Shown here: positions 61,194 to 63,963 of the stretch, in pieces | How positions within the stretch are numbered: position 1 is the stretch's first letter | How the letters are laid out: the number at the start of each line of letters is the position of its first letter | Assembly: GCA_002784945.1 (NCBI GenBank) | Contig: PFMD01000025.1 | Coordinates: 1 to 63,963 of the forward strand | Source of the DNA: Candidatus Kerfeldbacteria bacterium CG_4_10_14_0_8_um_filter_42_10 | GTDB taxonomy: Bacteria; Patescibacteriota; Patescibacteriia; UM-FILTER-42-10 | Direction: 5' to 3' | DNA: 63,963 bases | Translations under genes and position numbers: made by a program | Notes under the pieces: generated by a model | Told to the model about the DNA's origin: nothing | Databases searched by the model: none | What the model saw: the letters and a program-made list of their open reading frames with translations, nothing else

Positions 61194-62264
61194 CTATTTA
61201 AGGAAAGGAACCGGACATAAAGGATAACCGCCAAAAGGATTGCCTAATCCTTCGGCCGTGGCCCGGCATCCACCTCGGCATTTCTCCCATTTAGCGCAGG
61301 AATGGCAGGGCTCCCCCACATTGCTTTGGGTAAGCTTTAGTCGGTTACAGATCACTTCTGAACTGAGCGCTTTACTAATCGGATCTGAATCTTCCAGGCG
61401 GGAAAGCGTTACCGTACTGTTGGAACAGGCGCGGATGCTTCCGTCTACGGCAAAGTACAAGCCTTTGTCGTAAAACGGACACGATCCGAACACGTGCGGC
61501 ATCAGCACTTCGGCCGGAGCCAGGTCGAATTCCTGTCTTACTTCCTGCACCCGCTTAATCATTAAAGCCAGTTCCTTTTGGTTCGGAGCGATCTCCCAAT
61601 AATTCGGCCCGATTGCTTCGCCGGAACCCATTAATTCCAGATCAGTGCCGACGTTTCTCTTCAGGCACCAGCGGTAATATTCCGGCACTTGGCCGATGTT
61701 GGCTTGGCGGATTAGATTCTGCAGGCGGAAAAGCGGATCGCGATATCTCGCTTCAAGAAAAACGTTGATGGCCGCGATCATTTTCTCCGCCGTTTTTTTA
61801 CCGCGGCCCAAAAGGGCAGCCTGGATTATTAGCTGTTCAGGATCGCCGGGATCGACATTCAGTTTTCCCGTAATATTCACCTCTCTTTCTTTAAGCCAGC
61901 GGGCTAACTCCGGCGTAATGGCGATCATGTTAGTGAATATCCAGGGCTTGATTCCCCGCTTGAGCAGAAGGCCGACATAATCCTTCAGGCAGGGCCACAA
62001 CAACGGATCCCCTCCCAATAGATCCATTGTTTCCAGGTTGTTTCCCAAATAGTCCCGGCATAAATCAAGTACATGAACAGCCGTTTTTAAGTCGAGATTT
62101 TTGCCGTTCAAAAGCCGGCGCTTTACCATGTAACAGCCTGGACAAAGGCACTGGCAGTAAGTGGTGGTTTCTAGAATGCCGTAGCGCAATCCCGTTGGCC
62201 TAGTCTTGCCGTCGTAACGATTGCCGATCGCTTTCATGATTCTTCCTTTCTTTTTAAAGGGCAT
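61194..62264 (-). CDS. Radical SAM / SPASM-domain enzyme
   Basis: YCQCLCPGC (CxxxCxxC), LLGGDPL, and C-terminal CPFYD...DGSIRACS...CHSCAKWEKCRGGCRA. The true start may be Met10 (MKAIGN, better SD). Confidence 0.8.
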   Translation of the reverse strand: MPFKKKGRIMKAIGNRYDGKTRPTGLRYGILETTTYCQCLCPGCYMVKRRLLNGKNLDLKTAVHVLDLCRDYLGNNLETMDLLGGDPLLWPCLKDYVGLLLKRGIKPWIFTNMIAITPELARWLKEREVNITGKLNVDPGDPEQLIIQAALLGRGKKTAEKMIAAINVFLEARYRDPLFRLQNLIRQANIGQVPEYYRWCLKRNVGTDLELMGSGEAIGPNYWEIAPNQKELALMIKRVQEVRQEFDLAPAEVLMPHVFGSCPFYDKGLYFAVDGSIRACSNSTVTLSRLEDSDPISKALSSEVICNRLKLTQSNVGEPCHSCAKWEKCRGGCRATAEGLGNPFGGYPLCPVPFLK

Positions 62265-62271
62265 TGTTTTT

Positions 62272-62302
62272 AACTTAAAACCCCTTCTCTTCCAAGAAGG
62301 GG
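62272..62302 (-). terminator. Hairpin after the yerC-like gene
   Basis: CCCCTTCT...AGAAGGGG stem. On the minus strand it is followed by TTTTAAGTT. Confidence 0.45.
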
Positions 62303-62328
62303 TTGGTTATATATGTTACTAAAAAATA

Positions 62329-62652
62329 TCAAAACAACCTTTTCTCAGAAGAGAAAAAATTGTGATGATGAGCCGCGGTTCGTTTCAAAACTAATCTATA
62401 GCCGTCCATCCCGTCATTCAACCAACGAGAGATCCGGGCAATCGTGGTTGAACTTAAACCGGTTTCTTTTTCGATTGTGGAATAAGGAATTTTTTGGTTC
62501 AGCATTTGAGCAGCACGCCAACGATTTCCTAATTCAATGATTTCCTGTTCAGTCAGCAAATCCCTAAAAAACCGCTTGGCTTCTTTGACGTTTTTCAATT
62601 TCAACATTGCGGTCAGTAAATCGTTAGTTTTGAGGTTGTCCCATTTAATCAT
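62329..62652 (-). CDS. TrpR-like YerC/YecD family DNA-binding protein
   Basis: LLTEQEIIELGNRWRAAQML...YSTIEKETGLSSTTIARISRWLNDG matches the YerC/YecD helix-turn-helix pattern. Confidence 0.7.
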   Translation of the reverse strand: MIKWDNLKTNDLLTAMLKLKNVKEAKRFFRDLLTEQEIIELGNRWRAAQMLNQKIPYSTIEKETGLSSTTIARISRWLNDGMDGYRLVLKRTAAHHHNFFSSEKRLF

Positions 62653-62722
62653 TGTTTTCTACTTTATTAAGATAAAGCACTTTATTTGAATAAAGCATAA
62701 CAGATTAGCAAAAACTGTCAAG

Positions 62723-62819
62723 ATCCCCACACCTGAATTTGTTTTTCATTATTATGAATATAAAAAATTCAATCTCTCTATCTTCGGTTTTATTACCTAA
62801 CATATTCAGGTGTGGGGAT
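62723..62819. repeat. Perfect 16-bp inverted repeat with 65-nt AT-rich spacer
   Basis: ATCCCCACACCTGAAT (62723-62738) and ATTCAGGTGTGGGGAT (62804-62819). Confidence 0.9.
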
Positions 62820-62883
62820 AAAAACAGGACGATTGAAGCTGAAGCTCAACCGTCCTTTTGTAGCGCACAGTGGCAAAATTGAC

Positions 62884-63195
62884 TCAAGTAAGCGCTGAGA
62901 CAATGTGCAGTTGGTCAGGGGAGACGAAGTCGCCTCTTCTGCCCGGAAAGGACAATACGCTGTCCCGTACTGTCAGAAAGCCCCCACTGGAAAGCGGTAT
63001 CGTGGAAGAAGGATTTTGGCATAACAGCGCGGCTTGTGATAGATCAATCTCAAACAGCTGTCCATCACTAAGCCGTACCACAAATCCTGAAGGCGATGCC
63101 GGACAATCGTCTAGTATGTAGACTCCAGCTTCATCCAGATGGGCGTAGCGCTTATCCCTTGGGTCTAACGGGGTTCCGATGACTAGTATTGGCAT
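62884..63195 (-). CDS. Hypothetical protein, possibly DUF2442-like
   Basis: GGAGG SD 6 nt upstream. VRLSDGQLFEIDLSQ...FLTVRDSVLSFPG...GDFVSPDQL loosely resembles DUF2442. Confidence 0.45.
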   Translation of the reverse strand: MPILVIGTPLDPRDKRYAHLDEAGVYILDDCPASPSGFVVRLSDGQLFEIDLSQAALLCQNPSSTIPLSSGGFLTVRDSVLSFPGRRGDFVSPDQLHIVSALT

Positions 63196-63370
63196 TACGA
63201 CCTCCGCCTATAGGGGATTACAAGTGGGATTCAATTAAAGGTAGATTAACAGAAAGGTAGAAAAAGTAAATATATAATTACAAAACAATAGCTTATTATT
63301 GTCAATAATACTTGTGTTTTTAGGCCAATTTTATTATGATAAAGGAACTAACTAATATCCTATTCCTATT

Positions 63371-63541
63371 ATGGAGGAAAATAAACTACCAGGAAATCCT
63401 TCGTTAAAAAAGGATTTAATAAAAGTTACCCTTCTCACTGTGCTGATTGGCGTGGCGATGGCTGGGCTTAAGATTATTGATAATCAGAGCGGAGCAATAT
63501 CGGAATTTGCCAGCAAAATCATGTCATACGTTGTTAGATAG
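63371..63541 (+). CDS. Candidate 56-aa single-TM small protein
   Basis: Hand translation gives MEENKLPGNPSLKKDLIKVTLLTVLIGVAMAGLKIIDNQ... There is no clear SD. Confidence 0.25.
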   Translation: MEENKLPGNPSLKKDLIKVTLLTVLIGVAMAGLKIIDNQSGAISEFASKIMSYVVR

Positions 63542-63686
63542 ATTTTACGACTCAAAAATCCTGCTAAAATAAGCATTTTTAATAGTTTTTTGATATAATC
63601 TAGCAGTTTTTGGCTAATTAATGAGTATTACAGCTTGCCTTGAATACTCTGTATAGTTCTTGCCCTAATAGCGTCTGCTTCAAGCG

Positions 63687-63782
63687 GAAATCCGAAAACT
63701 TAAATCTAAGACGTGAAAACTCAATCAGCTAATTTATAAAACCTAAAAAGCTAATAAGCTACAAGCTAGACCACTCATGCCC
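63687..63782. repeat. 96-bp repeat copy 2
   Basis: Matches 51411-51506 (3 mismatches). Its last 4 nt are the first 4 nt of tRNA-Arg. Confidence 0.9.
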
Positions 63783-63853
63783 TCGTAGCTCAATGGATAG
63801 AGCAAACCCGTCCTAAGGGTGAGATGGGGGTTCGATTCCCTCTGAGGGCACCA
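63779..63853 (+). tRNA. tRNA-Arg (anticodon CCT), CCA encoded
   Basis: GCCCTCG acceptor pairs with TGAGGGC. D-arm TAGCTCAATGGATAGAGCA. Anticodon loop GTCCTAA. T-arm GGGGGTTCGATTCCCTC. It ends ACCA. Confidence 0.85.
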
Positions 63854-63963
63854 GATCTAGCCTTATGAACGAAAACCGGCCCTCCCCCCCCCCAAGATCA
63901 CCCGCCTCTGGCCCGGGGCATTGCTAACTATTATTCTCTGATGATTCTATCTTAATATTCCCG

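Noticed and set aside
63164-63173. TCTAACGGGG inside the 62884-63195 CDS as another member of the CCCGTTAGAA family.
   Set aside because: It matches only 9 of 10 positions (it encodes TPLD), has no partner arm and lies in coding sequence. It is plausibly a chance occurrence.

Overview
This is a bacterial chromosomal window. It looks like a small-genome Candidate Phyla Radiation / Patescibacteria-type organism. That is an inference from the intron-bearing rRNA, an array of TrbC/VirB2-like mini-pilin genes, a DUF721/DciA-type gene next to dnaN, a PPi-type PFK and GH57 enzymes. The standard genetic code is used and TGA acts as a stop.

Gene order:
- 3' end of an rRNA operon: 23S with a group I intron and LAGLIDADG gene, then 5S with an internal hairpin insertion
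- sugar-nucleotide and glycolytic genes, and an EndoQ-like PHP nuclease
- tRNA-Ser followed by a repeat-bracketed eutH cassette
- NUDIX, galU and an orphan solute-binding protein
- four tandem pilin-like genes
- a roughly 12-kb minus-strand block of polytopic GT-C-like membrane proteins with two GT2 enzymes, a methyltransferase and PGI/PMI
- yebC-ruvC
- a duplicated glycogen module (2x glgA, 2x GH57, galT-like) interrupted by a G+C-rich insert
- tyrS joined directly to a radical-SAM/SPASM peptide-maturation operon
- ROK glucokinase and PBP1A
- the dnaA-dnaN / rpmH-rnpA-yidD-yidC origin region
- a second orphan rSAM/SPASM locus and tRNA-Arg

Most interesting observations:
1. 45150-48700 is an unclassified RiPP-like operon. 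Its 72-aa precursor carries two copies of an ASYCCEAAG core that differ only by synonymous codons. It is followed by an HExxH protein, an rSAM/SPASM enzyme and a second rSAM enzyme.
2. The 10-mer CCCGTTAGAA / TTCTAACGGG occurs 12 times exactly, mostly as inverted pairs that fill intergenic gaps and abut start or stop codons.
3. The tRNA-Ser 3' end is repeated, and 157-bp direct repeats bracket eutH.
4. 5S rRNA carries a roughly 60-nt hairpin insertion and is followed by a 5S-tail-mimicking structured module.

All functional calls come from motif recognition by eye. No database search, folding or statistics program was available.
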